The position numbers were made by a program, and so were the translations under genes. A stretch of DNA of 64,000 nucleotides from Diplonema japonicum. Its lineage: Eukaryota; Protista; Euglenozoa: Diplonemea. Location: contig OZ025669.1 of NCBI GenBank assembly GCA_964019335.1, forward strand, positions 372,001-436,000. Direction: 5' to 3'. This document shows positions 49,891-62,733 of this stretch, piece by piece; positions within the stretch are counted from its first letter, which is position 1; each line of letters opens with the position of its first letter. The notes under the pieces were generated by a model, which was not told the origin of the DNA, ran no database searches, and was given only the letters and a program-made list of their open reading frames with translations.

Positions 49891-50090
49891 ATCTCGCATT
49901 TAGAGTGTTCGAGCTGTCAAGGGGACCATCCAAAAGAGGATGGTACCGGCAACATTACCCTTGGTTGCCACAGCCGTCTCACCATGCTTGTGCTGTGGGG
50001 GGCACCCGAAGGAGCCCCCCTCTTGCATGTGTAGCGGCCTGGTGCGGTTTCACAGTCCTTGAAACCAACCAGGTTAACGGCACATGCTAG
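49891..50090 (-). ncRNA. Putative H/ACA (AGA-box) guide-like structured RNA
   Basis: On the minus strand: a hairpin with an internal pocket followed 14 nt later by AGA; a GC-rich stem with a cUUCGg loop; ACAGCA (ANANNA); and a second long hairpin ending in AGA. Confidence 0.5.
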
Positions 50091-50260
50091 AAGTGGTTGT
50101 TTTTTATTCTTTGGGGAGAGGGGGGGGGGGGGGGGGGGTCCGTGCAAGGACCTTGTGTAAGGATTAATAGGAAAAAAAAAAAAAAGAATAACCAGACTCT
50201 TAGACCAAATGTTACAATAAGTGAAAAGTCAGACGAAGAAGGGAAAAAAAAAAAAAAAAA

Positions 50261-51115
50261 AGAGGAACTGGCCGTTGTTTGTACGTGCCAAAAAAAAAAA
50301 GAAGAATAAGAATAAAAAAAAAAAAAAACTAATACTCAAAAAAAAGGGAGTGAAGGTGTAATAGAGAGGGAAATATTGCGACGCTCGGTACTGCAGCAGC
50401 GTGAGTTTTTTTTTCTTTTTGCTCTACCGCCAGGAAGGCGGGAACGGGGGGGGGGGGGGGCTAAGGAGGGAAGTGTTTGCTGCGTTAATTCCCCCAAAGT
50501 AGAAAAATAGGAGGGGGGAAGGGGGAGAAGAAAAGGCGGTCTATGGGGGGGGGGGGATCTAATTGCTCACTTAAATTTATTATTGTTAAAAAAGATCCAA
50601 ATTTTCAAGAAAAAAAAAAAAACCTTAAAAAGACGGAGTTTGGTACCTAATTATTAAATTTGTTCCAACAAATGGAATGTGAGGCCTGACCCCTCACCCC
50701 TCGCGGCAAGACCACGATGGGGGTGTACAGGAGACGGGGCAGGGGTGTGTGGCACAAATAGTTTTTCTGGTTGGTCCCCCTCACAAACAAAGAACAACTC
50801 GTTTTCTTTAAGGGTTGAAGTAACATAAGTAAGCAAGTGCCCCACAATAACGTGACTTGGGGACAATAAGGAGGGGGTGTTCATTGATGTGGTGTTTGAA
50901 CCATACTCTCTTTTTTTTTTTTTTTTTTTTTTTCCCAAAAGAAATTAAGAGAAAGAGGATATTGAGGGGAAGAAAAAAAAGATTTTTTTTTTCAATGTCA
51001 ATTCTATCCTTTTTTGAAGGAAAAAAAGAAAAAAAGAAAAAAAAAAAAAAAAAAAAGGAGGGAGAAATACTGCTAAATAAGTAGGTAAGAAAAACAAAAT
51101 ACCGGAGACAGAAAC

Positions 51116-51149
<34 letters not shown>

Positions 51150-51283
51150 AAGAAAAAAGATTTTCGCAATGCACTCGAAGTAGTGGTCTTGGCCAACTAA
51201 CTTTACAGTAGGGCAAAAGAAGAAGAAGAAAAAGAGAGAGACAGAGAAAGGAGAGGAACCGGGCGCCGTTGTTTGTACGTCCC
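50261..51283. repeat. Dispersed ~30-bp direct repeat (copies 50261-50289 and 51252-51283)
   Basis: AGAGGAAC..GCCGTTGTTTGTACGT is present in both copies (16-bp identical core). Confidence 0.6.
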
Positions 51284-51353
51284 TTTTGCTACAGGGGAGG
51301 AAAAAAAAAAAAAAAAAAGAGGGACAGAGAGAAGGGTGTGTGTGTGGATATGT

Positions 51354-51386
<33 letters not shown>

Positions 51387-51799
51387 GTGATCTAATGTTA
51401 CTGAGAAGATGAACTCACCGCTCATTGTGGCAGGAAGGGAGGGTGGTTTTTTTTTTTTTTTTTTTTTTTTTGTTTGTTTTAAGGAGAAAAGAGCAAGCTT
51501 TTGGTGCTCCATTTAACTTGTGTCAGTGCACTTCTTACAACTGGCGTTTAGCCCGACATTGTCTGTGAGGGGGGGGGGGGGGGGTAGAAAAAACCAAATA
51601 AACACTTCATTCAAGTGGCTCCATTTTTTTTTTTCGTAAAGATAATTCTACTCTTCTTTATTTCCATTCTTTACAACTGGAGAGGGAAATGCTCTTTTAT
51701 TTCAAAAGAGACATAATATATTATAAGTTTTTATTTGGCAAAAACAGGGCGTTCGTTCCAACACAGAACAGCGCAGTGAAAATCGGGGTTTGGGGTGGG

Positions 51800-51857
<58 letters not shown>
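51800..51857 (+). repeat. A58 homopolymer, the longest of many intergenic mononucleotide runs
   Basis: Direct reading of the sequence. Confidence 0.95.
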
Positions 51858-51859
<2 letters not shown>

Positions 51860-52377
51860 GCAACTTGGAGCCATGCACACCACAGTTTTCTTCATTATAT
51901 TTGTTTCTTTTTTTTTTTTTTGTTCTCCTTGATGTGGTCTTTTTTTTTTTATTTTTTTGTTCGCTGACAGAGAAAAGTTAATATCCACAACAAAAAAAGA
52001 AAAATAAGGTGATGGTTTGACTAAGGAGGGTATATAAAAAAAAAAGAATTTTTTTTATCGGCCACCATTCTACGGTTGCATCCTGACCCAAGAAGAAAAC
52101 CCTTTATTTTATTTTTTTTTTTAAGATTTCCGATTTTCCCAAGATCGTACCGGGACCCATGAGAATGGCAGCGCATTGACTCAAAAATGACGAAAGCTAA
52201 CTTATCGTACGAGCCAACTTACAATAGCTTTTTTTCTTTTCCTTTTTTTTTTTTTTTTTTTTGGTGTGAAGAACAGAAGGCACAACTAAGGCGTCGTATG
52301 AGGACAAAGCCCACTTTGATGACCACTTTTTTAAGGGGGTTTTTTTGGGTCTCATTTTTTTTTTTTTTTTTTTTATT

Positions 52378-52518
52378 CACTGTAAAAATGAAAAGTGCCG
52401 GACTGACAAGAAAATGACTATTTTCTGTCCAGAGATCTTCTTGAAGGTCACTGGAGATGTTTCTCTTAATATTTGTACGGGCATGTGTGTCGGTCCGAAA
52501 TTTCTCAGTTTTACAGTA
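52378..52518. mobile_element. Candidate MITE with CACTG-type termini and internal inverted repeats
   Basis: ACTGTAAAA 52379-52387/TTTTACAGT 52509-52517, CGGACTGACA/TGTCGGTCCG, AGAAAAT/ATTTTCT and TCCAG/CTGGA; flanked by TT on both sides. Confidence 0.45.
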
Positions 52519-53864
52519 TTTGATAATTCCAATAATGGGAGAGAAAGAGAGAACGGTGGCAATATGGTGAAAGACTATAACATGTAATCACGAGAGGCCT
52601 TTCTTTTTTCCCTTTTTTTTTTTTTTTAGAATAAAGAAAGAAGAAGAAGACCCCTTGCGAAATTATTTCCCGCCCCTCTTTTTTTTTTCTCTTTTTTTTT
52701 CTTCTTCTTTTCTTCTCCCCATTAAATTCACTTCATTTTTTTTCAAATAATAACAGAAAACAAAAATAAGTTAGCCATCTACTGTATTCTTTAACAAACA
52801 AAAAAAAAATTCACTATGATAGGAACGAAGTGGTTAGCAACGGCCCGCAAAAAAAAGATTTTGCATCGGGTTAGTTGTTTCTTGTTTAAAAAAAAAAAGA
52901 ATACGAGTAGCATAATAAATAATAAATAAATAGAGAAACCCCCAGTTACTCAAAACTGCAAGGGAAAATAGAAAGACAGGGAAGAAGGGGAAAAGAACAG
53001 GTACCAATTCCTTTCAAAATTAAAAAAAAAAAAAAAAAAAAATGTATTTGTGCATAACGGCTACGAACCTTTTTACCTAATAAAAAGATTATTTTGTAAC
53101 ACATAAGCTTCAAATATTTTCATTTTCCCTTTTTTGAGATGAGACAAAAGGAGGGTCCTGTTTTGGCAGTCCCGTTTTTTTTTCTCTTTTTCTTCTTCAA
53201 ATTTCGTCTTTCTAGATGGGGGTGACCTGCCAGATTTTGATGGGGTTAAAGAGGCACTGGAAAACCCGGCCTATGTTTGTACAAGGGGGGGGGGGGGGGG
53301 GAGCAAAGCAAAAACGAACGTTATTGGAATAATCATATAATAGGGGGGAGGGGGGCTCTGTTGAAAGACAAATAGAAAAGAGAAAAAAAAGCAGAAGAGA
53401 AGCAAAATATTTCCCCCCCCCTTCTTTTTCTTTTTTCTCTCGTTTTTTTCTTCTTTTTTTTTCATGTGCTTCCAACACAGTGTCCCCAAATTTTCTTAAC
53501 AAATGTGAATTGACATCTTGAAAAAAAAATACATTTGGGAAACCGTGATTTCAAAAAAGAAAAAAAAAAAAAAAAGAGACAGTTAAGGGTACCTGCGGTA
53601 TGTGGCAGGACGCCTAAAAAAAAACTTGTTCATTTTTTTTTTTACGGGGGGCAATCTGCGCAATTTGCAAAAAAAAAAAGAAGGGAGGAAGGGGTTCACA
53701 GATAGAAGAGGGAAAAAAAAAAAAAAAAAAAGAAAAGAAAAAAAAACCCCATAGATAGATTCAGATAATCTCATCAAGATAAATATTATTCTCATAAGCA
53801 GGTGCAGAACGCTGAAGCGGTGGCTGTTTTTTTTTTTTTTTTTTTTATATATATATATTTTTTT

Positions 53865-56800
53865 TTAAACGCTTACCACTCCGAAAGCAGAAGGTGGCGG
53901 CCCGTTTAGCGGCCGTAAAGTACTCACATCTTTCAACAGAACTACCCCATCGTCGCGCCTTGTTTTCCAATAATTACCATCCGAGAAAGAAGGGTCGGTT
54001 GGGTCATAGTGAGGCGAGACAAGGGTATAGGCACCGTCGTAGCCCTGCATGCGGGATCCAGAAGCCAATGGGTTCGGCCCCGCACCATTTATCAACGCAT
54101 CTTGCAGTTCTTGAAGCAATTTTGACGAATTTGAAGACTCGGCAGCTGATGAAACTGCGTACCGCGACTGATGCCCCTTGGATCGCACTGGAGGGCCTGA
54201 GAACACAGAGGCTGTAGAAGAAGCAGCAACCACAGATTCAAGTGCTTCTATTCTATCAAGGAGAACACCTTCTCGTTTCTTGGCCTGTGCCTGTGCCGTC
54301 ATTACATCTTCGATATCCCGCATTTCTTCATCTATGCTAGGAACTGTACTGCCGTACCTCTTAGGAGGTAAAATGTGGCTTGCTCCTCGTGTTCTTGCTC
54401 CAAAGGATGACCCGCTGCTCCCTTGTGGTGTATTTGCTCGTAGATCTCCCGAAGGTTTCACCAGCCCTGGTGTGGCGGGAGTTGGTGGTACAGGTGGCAG
54501 CAATACATCCTTTTCGACATCGTTGTACTGAGTTGGTTCCACTGGGAACGGCTGCTGCAGTGGATCTTGCTTCCTTCGGTTCATCAACAGCAACGCCATC
54601 ATCAGGCAGCAACACAGCACCAGCAACGCCAGCAACAGCCACAACCACCACGGCACACCCGACTCGTCGTCGGTCGCGTCGCTGTTCCCCGCAGCTGCGT
54701 CCTTATAACCCGGCGAATCGATGTACTCCGGTGTGCCCTTCTCAACATCAGCAGGCGACCCCACCCTCTGGCATCCGTTATTGAACACGATGTACCCTTC
54801 AGCACAGGACTTGCAGACGCAGTCTGTTATCTGCCCAGTAACGCTGGGGCCGTATGTCCTGCAGTTATCAATTGGAGTGCATGCCGGTGCCTGTGTGGGC
54901 GGTGCTGCAGTTGGACTCTGAGTGACGGTGCCTGTGGTAATTTTAACATTTCTTCGCTTAACAGTTGACATACCTGGGTTGCTAGTTGGTACGGCTGTTG
55001 CTTTTATTGGTGAAGCAGTGTCAGGCGCCGTAGTGGCTGGGGACTTCGTTGAGGGAGGATCTGTCGCAGGTGTCTTCGTGGCTGGGGCTGCTGTGGCAGG
55101 TGCGCTGGTGGCAGGTGCTCTCGTAGCAGGTGCCTTCGTGGCAGGGGCTTTTGTCTCGGGAGCGTTTGTTGCAGGAGAGTTTGTGACTGGTGCTTTCGTA
55201 GCGGGTGCACTGGTGAGAGGGGCATTTGTTTTGGGCGCTGCGGTATTCCCTGGGCTGAGTGTCGGGGCTTGTGTCGGCGAAGCCGTTCGTGGGGAAGTGG
55301 TAGGCGGCACTGTAGGCGTCGCTGTTGGGGGGGCGCTAGTTTTCGGTGCTAACGTAGTAGGTGCTGCTGTTGGCACTAAGGTAGGAACAAAAGTGGGCAC
55401 TGCCGTTCTCGGAACAGAAGTCGGCGCGGCGGTGGGAGCGGCCGTAGGGATTGCTGTAGGGACAGCAGTTCTTGGGGCTGTCGTAGGGATCGCCGTCGGT
55501 ACTGCCGTTGCCCCAGGAACTAGTGTGCTAGGCACAGCCGTCGTCCCAGGGACTAATGTCGGCACAGCAGTGGGGCTAGCAGTCGGAGCGGCTGTAGGCG
55601 ATGCAGTTATCCCAGGGACCAGTGTCGGCGCGGTGGTGGGAGCATTAGTTGGCACACTCGTCGTCCCAGGAGTCAATGTTGGTGTTCCCGTCGGTGTACT
55701 TGTTGTCGGCGAGGCCGTTGGAACGGTAGTGGGGCCAGCCGTTGTTCCCGGGGTCAGCGTAGGTACGGAGGTCGGTACATTTGTGATGGGGGCTACCGTA
55801 GGTGTGGCAGTAGGAGCTGCTGTTGAGGGTGATACTGTAGGAACCGAAGTCGGAGCTGCAGTCGTTCCAGGTACTAGCGTCGGGGCTACCGTCGGTACTG
55901 CAGTCGCGGGACTTGCTGTTGGAACGCTTGTTGGGGTAGCAGTCGTTCCCGGTACGAGGGTGGGAGTAGCTGTGGGAGTGCTTGTGGGCACTAAAGTGGG
56001 AATCGCTGTCGGAGCACTTGTCGGCACTGCGGTTGTGCCCGGCACAAGTGTGGGGACTGCAGTTGGTACCGCGGTTGGGGCCGCTGTTGGTGTATTTGTT
56101 GGAATCGCCGTTACAGGAGAAGAAGTAGGAATAGAAGTCGGGGATGCTGTTGTCCCTGGTGCAAGCGTTGGTGCAGCAGTTGGAATGGCAGTGGGAACTG
56201 CGGTGGGAACACTCGTTGGTATTGCTGTGGGAACAGCCGTGGTGCCCGGTGCAAGAGTTGGAACAGTCGTGGGTGTAGCTGTGGGAACAGCCGTGGGGAT
56301 ACTCGTTGGAGTTGAAGTAGGAACAGCTGTGGTGCCTGGTGCAAGAGTTGGAACGGACGTAGGTGCAGCTGTGGGAACTGCCGTGGTGCCTGGTGTAAGA
56401 GTCGGAACAGACGTAGGTGTCGCTGTGGGAATCGCAGTTGGAACACTTGTTGGTGTTGCCGTGGGAACTGCCGTTGTGCCTGGTGCAAGAGTTGGAACTA
56501 CCGTTGGTATAGCTGTGGGGACTGCCGTGGGAACACCTGTTGGAGCTGTTGTGGGAACAGCCGTGGTGCCTGGTGCAAGAGTTGGAACAGCCGTGGGTAT
56601 AGACGTAGGTACTGCGGTGGGAACACTTGTTGGTGTTGCCGTGGGGACAGCCGTGGTGCCTGGTGCAAGAGTTGGAACAGACGTGGGTGTAGCTGTGGGA
56701 ACTGCAGTAGGTACACTCGTTGGTGTTGCCGTGGGGACAGCTGTAGTTCCTGGTGCAAGAGTCGGAACAGACGTAGGTGTAGCTGTGGGAACTGCCGTGG

Positions 56801-59800
56801 GAACACCTGTTGGAACTGTTGTAGGGACAGCCGTGGTGCCTGGTGCAAGAGTCGGAACGGACGTAGGTGTCACAGTGGGAATTGCAGTGGGAACGCCTGT
56901 TGGAGCTGTTGTGGGAACAGCTGTGGTGCCTGGTGCAAGAGTTGGAACAGACGTGGGTGTAGCTGTGGGAACTGCAGTAGGTACACTCGTTGGTGTTGCC
57001 GTGGGGACAGCTGTAGTTCCTGGTGTAAGAGTTGGAACAGACGTAGGTGCAGCTGTGGCGGTGGGGACGCCTGTCGGAACTGTTGTGGGAACAGCTGTGG
57101 TGCCTGGTGCAAGAGTCGGAACAGACGTAGGTGTCACAGTGGGAATCGCAGTTGGAACACTTGTTGGTGTTGCTGAGGGAACAGCTGTAGTTCCTGGTGT
57201 AAGAGTTGGAACAGACGTAGGTGCAGCTGTGGGAACTGCCGTGGGGACGCTTGTTGGAACTGTTGTGGGAACTGCCGTAGTGCCTGGTGCAAGAGTCGGG
57301 ACAGCCGTGGGTGTAGCTGTGGGAAGTGCAGTAGGTACACTCGTTGGTGTTGTAGTGGGAACAGCTGTGGTACCTGGTGTAAGAGTCGGGACGGCCGTGG
57401 GTGCAACTGTGGGAACTGCCGTTGGGGTGCTCGTTGGTACTGTTGTGGGAACAGCTGTAGCACCCGGTGTAAGAGTCGGAACAGCTGTGGGTGTGACCGT
57501 AGGGACCGCTGTAGGAACACTCGTTGGTGTTGCTGTGGGAATCGCAGTTGGAACACTTGTTGGTGTTACCGTGGGAACAGCTGTAGTTCCTGGTGTAAGA
57601 GTTGGAACAGACGTAGGTGCAGCTGTGGGAACTGCCGTGGGGACGCTTGTTGGAACTGTTGTGGGAACTGCCGTAGTGCCTGGTGCAAGAGTCGGGACAG
57701 CCGTGGGTGTAGCTGTGGGAAGTGCAGTAGGTACACTCGTTGGTGTTGTAGTGGGAACAACTGTGGTACCTGGTGTAAGAGTCGGGACAGCCGTGGGTGC
57801 AACTGTGGGAACTGCAGTTGGGATGCTCGTTGGAACTATTGTGGGGACAGCTGTGGCACCCGGTGTAAGAGTCGGAACAGCTGTGGGTGTGCCCGTAGGG
57901 ACCGCTGTAGGAACACTCGTTGGTGTTGCTGTGGGAACTGCCGTGGGGACGTCTGTTGGAACTGTTGTGGGAACAGCTGTGGTGCCTGGTGCAAGAGTTG
58001 GAACAGACGTGGGTGTTGCTGTGGGAATCGCAGTTGGAACACTTGTTGGTGTTGCCGTGGGAACAGCTGTAGTTCCTGGTGCAAGGGTCGGAACACCTGT
58101 GGGTGTCACAGTGGGGACCGCTGTGGGCGCAGCAGTTGTTGGAACTGCAGTTGGGACATCTGTAGTTCCTGGTGCAAGAGTCGGAACAGCTGTAGGTGTG
58201 GCTGTAGGGACTGCCGTGGGCGCAGTTGTTGGATTTGCAGTAGGGGTATTTGTTGGCGTTGCTGTGGGAACTGCCGTGGTGCCTGGCGTGAGAGTCGGAA
58301 CTGCTGTAGGTATACTTGTGGGGACTCCAGTGGGTGCAGTGGTTGGAACAGTCGTCGGATTTGCGGTGGGAACACTTGTTGGTGTAACAGTTGGGACCGC
58401 TGTAGAACCCGGCACTAGAGTCGGAACAGCTGTGGGTACGGATGTAGGAACTGCAGTTGGGTTTGCGGTCGGAACGTTTGTTGGAACCGCCGTGGCGCCT
58501 GGTGCAAGAGTCGGAACAAGCGTAGGTGTGGCTGTGGGGACTGAAGTCGGAGTGCTGGTTGGAATGGCTGTTGGGGCTGTAGTTCCCGGTGCAGCAGTCG
58601 GAACTGCTGTAGGTGCTGACGTGGGAACCGCAGTCACAGGAGTACCTGTTGGAACAGCAGTAGGCGTAGCGGTTGGCACGTCAGTAGGCACCGCAGTCGG
58701 TACAGCAGTTGAACCTTTATTTATTAAAAAAAATATCCCCTACTTTCACACCCCTTACACACCTGGTGACAAGGTAGGAACGGCTGTGGGTACCAATGTT
58801 GGAACTGCAGTGGGTGTAGCAGTCGGAACAGCTGTCGGCGAGCTGGTTGGAACCGCAGTTGCTGGGGACCCTGTTGGGACGGCAGTTGGCGTGGCGGTCG
58901 GCACAGCAGTCGTGGGGACAGCTGTCGGCGTGCTGGTTGGAACCGCAGTTGCAGGGGCCCCTGTCGGGACAGCAGTTGGTACGGCAGTTGCTCCTGTTTT
59001 AAATTGTGTTCATATTAGTTACAAGGGAAACAAAGAAAACTATATTTCAGGTTAGCGTTTTCGCGCAACCTTACAGTGTTTCCTTTCAAACTTTAACTGT
59101 GGCCGATGAACTGAAATGATGCCACGTTCTTGCTCCAGGAAGCGGTGCTTGTGTTCCAGCCAAGTGCCTGAAACGTGTGCAGAACACTTGATCTTCGCCT
59201 TCTTGGTGTCCGCAAAGAGACTTCTGAACCCGGCTTATTTTTCTTCTCTTCTTCTTTTTCACTCCAACACACCTGGGGAAAGGGTAGGAACGGCAGTAGG
59301 CACGGATGTAGGGACTGCAGTGGGCGTGGCTGTTGGCACAGCTGTGGCAGGTGCTGTAGTAGGAATGGCTGTTGGGTTTGCTGTAGGAGTGCTGGTTGGA
59401 TTAGCAGTCGGAGCTGCTGTAGGAACACCAGTAGGAATTGCTGTTGGTGTGGCAGTTGGCACAGCTGTGGTAGGTGCTGCGGTTGGAACACTGGTCGGCA
59501 CAGCTGTTGGGTTTGCTGTGGGGACTGCAGTGGGAGTGGCTGTGGGGACAGTTGTAGGAACAGCAGTCGGCACGGCAGTCGAACCTTTATTTATTAATGA
59601 TTCCTAAAATAGCAAACACACCTGGTGTCAAAGTAGGAACGGCAGTTGGAACCGCAGTGGGGACTGCTGTCGGTGTGGCAGTCGGCACAGCTGTGGCAGG
59701 TGCTGTAGTAGGAAAGGCTGTTGGGTTTGCTGTAGGAGTGCTGGTTGGATTAGCAGTCGGGACTGCTGTAGGAACACTAGTAGGAATTGCTGTTGGTGTA

Positions 59801-61470
59801 GCAGTCGGCACAGCTGTGGTAGGTGCTGCGGTTGGAACACTAGTAGGGACAGCTGTCGGCGTGCTGGTTGGAACAGCAGTTGCAGGGGCCCCTGTTGGGA
59901 CAGCAGTAACCGGGGCTCCTGTTGGAACAGCAGTTGGTGTGGCTGTTGGTACCGCAGTGGGGACACCAGTAGGGGTAGCAGTCGGCACAGCTGTGGTGGG
60001 AGCTGCGGTTGGAACACTGGTGGGGACAGCTGTCGGCGTGCTGGTTGGAACAGCAGTTGCAGGGGCCCCTGTTGGGACAGCAGTAACCGGGGCTCCTGTT
60101 GGAACAGCAGTTGGTGTGGCGGTCGGCACCGCAGTGGGGACACTTGTCGGGGTAACAGTCGGCACAGCTGTGGTAGGTGCTGCAGTTGGAACACTGGTGG
60201 GGACAGCTGTCGGCGTGCTGGTTGGAACAGCAGTTGCAGGGGCTCCTGTCGGAACGGCGGTAGCTGGGGCTCCTGTTGGAATAGCAGTTGCAGGGGCCCC
60301 TGTCGGAACAGCAGTAGCCGGGGCTCCTGTTGGAACAGCAGTTGGTGTGGCGGTCGGCACCGCAGTGGGGACACTTGTCGGGGTAGCAGTCGGCAAGGCA
60401 GTAGGTACTGATGTCGGTACTGATGTCTCGCCAGGAACAAGAGTCGGGATGGCAGTTGGCGCGGCCGTCTCACCAGGAACGAGCGTTGGTGCAATGGTTG
60501 GTTCGGCAGTGGGTTGTGCTGTCGGAACTGAAGTCTCTCCGGGTACGAGTGTAGGGACAGCCGTAGGCACTGCCGTCTCTCCTGGCACAAGAGTGGGTGC
60601 TATCGTAGGTACGGTTGTTGGCACAGCTGTTTCACCAGGTACCAAAGTTGGCATCGCCGTGGGCTGTGCAGTCGGCACTGCAGTCTCGCCAGGAACGAGT
60701 GTGGGTGTTGCCGTAGGTTCTGAAGTTGGAACAGCAGTAGGTACTGATGTAGGCACAGCGGTGGGTACAGCTGTTTCACCAGGTACCAAAGTTGGCATCG
60801 CCGTGGGCTGTGCAGTTGGCACTGCAGTAGGTACCATTGTTGGTTCAGCAGTGGGTACAGCCGTCTCGCCAGGAACAAGCGTAGGCATCGCCGTTGGTTG
60901 TGCAGTTGGTGTGGTGGTGGCTGGTGCCGAGGTGGGTATTGCTGTAGGTTGTGCAGTAGGCACAGCCGTTTCACCAGGTACCAAAGTTGGCATCGCTGTG
61001 GGCTGTGCAGTTGGAACTGCAGTAGGTACGGCAGTCTCACCAGGAACAAGTGTAGGCATCGCTGTGGGCTGTGCAGTTGGAACTGTAGTTGGCACTGCTG
61101 TCGGTACGGCAGTAGGCACAGCCGTTTCACCAGGTACCAAAGTTGGCATCGCCGTGGGCTGTGCAGTCGGCACAGCTGTTGGCATAGCTGTGGGCACAGC
61201 AGTCTCACCAGGAACAAGTGTAGGCATCGCTGTGGGCTGTGCAGTTGGAACTGTAGTAGGTACTGCTGTCGGTACGGCAGTAGGCACAGCCGTTTCACCA
61301 GGTACCAAAGTAGGCATCGCTGTGGGCTGTGCAGTCGGCACTGCGGTAGGCGTCACCGTAGCTGGTGCTTCAGTCGGCTGTGCTGTTGGGTTTGCAGTGG
61401 GCGGAGCAGCCAAAGCCATTGTGACTATACAGGACAGGGCCAGGCATAACCTGTTCGCACCATATGGCAT
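53865..61470 (-). CDS. Giant mucin-like Pro/Thr/Ala/Val-repeat type I membrane glycoprotein (~2400 aa, 4 exons)
   Basis: Signal peptide MPYGANRLCLALSCIVTMALA. PTAVPT/PTLxPG repeats joined across introns 59585-59621, 58994-59272 and 58715-58762. Cys-rich juxtamembrane module, TM PWWLWLLLALLVLCCCLMMALLLM, cytoplasmic tail. Confidence 0.85.
54980..61405 (-). repeat. Coding tandem repeats (PT-x-x tetrapeptides and higher-order PTLxPGTTAV units)
   Basis: 12-nt periodic degenerate repeats with longer near-identical blocks, e.g. 57181-57420 vs 57578-57817. Confidence 0.9.
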
Positions 61471-62491
61471 TGTCCTCTTACTTCTGTATAGGGTGAGGCT
61501 GCAGAAATGCGTAAGAGAAGAAGAGAAGAAGAATAATAAAATAAATAAAAAAGAAACTTTGCAAACGCGGGGGTGAGGGCGGGGATAGCTTTGTTTCCCC
61601 CCCCCCCTTTTTTTCCCCCTTTTTCTCTAACTCCCCCCTTCCCCCGGGATATCAACCCCCAACAAAAAAAAAAAACAAGGCCTTTTTTTTACTTTTTTTT
61701 TTTTTTTTTTTTACTGGTACAACATCGTCGGGTGCTCAATCTCCCCTTTCCACTCTTCCCCTTTCGCTTAATCTTTTTGAAACCGAAAACCATAAATAAA
61801 GAGGCGAAGTCTTAGCATGTGGTTCAACTGTTTTTGTTGCTCCTTTATTTTTATTTTTCCTCTCGCATTTGCAAAGTTTACGGTCAAAGATGGAGAGGGT
61901 GTCAAGGAAGGGGGAAGGGGGGGTGAGAGACAATAAAAAATACACACTGTTTTGTTTCTTTGTAATTCTTTTTTCGTTCCCTTCACTCTCCCGGGCTTCT
62001 TATACAACGAAAGGGAGGGGATTATACCTCTACCCTTTTTTCCCCTGTTTCTTTTTTTTTTTCTTCAAAAAGTGTGTGTGGGGGGAAAGAAACGGGTGCA
62101 AACGATATTCTGAGTTCAAAGGAGAAAAAAACGAAGGGGAAAGCAAGGGGGGGGGGGGGGGGGGGGGGTCAAAGGTGTCGAAATTAGGCCAAAGTTATAT
62201 CTTGCACATTTGTGACGCAAAAAATCACCTATACCACCCCAAAATTTCCCAAAAAACCTTTTTTTTGGCCGAGCTTCGACGAAATATGCAAGTGGGATGC
62301 CCTAAAAACGCCATTTTAATTTCTTTGGGACAGAACCGGTACAGTCACTGTCCACTGTCACCCAAAGGGTGGGGGGAGGGGGGGGACAAGGAGAAGGATA
62401 CTTCAAACTTGCATCAGTTAGCGTATCAAAAGGGGGGGGAGGGGGAAAACATGAGATGGGGTGGGAAGAGCAAACTTGGATATTTTCCTTC

Positions 62492-62529
<38 letters not shown>

Positions 62530-62733
62530 ACACACAGAAATTAAAATGTGCCAGCATGTGTGTACCTCCTCCCCTCTCCTCCCCATAAGAAAGAGAAAAA
62601 AAAACACTAAGAAAAAAAAAAGAATTGTTTGAAAAGAAAGCGAAGAGTTTACCTTACGCTTCCCCATCCCCCCGTCGAGTTTTTTATATACAGAAAGCAC
62701 ACCACAACTCCCCCCCCCCTTCTTCTTCTTTTT

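Noticed and set aside
55000-61400. CRISPR-like periodicity
   Set aside because: Degenerate coding repeats without unique spacers, in a eukaryotic context with no cas genes.
54922-61576. Very long plus-strand ORFs (1377 aa, 659 aa) of VGTA repeats
   Set aside because: Antisense shadows of the Pro/Thr repeat codons. The signal peptide, TM and splice sites are all on the minus strand.
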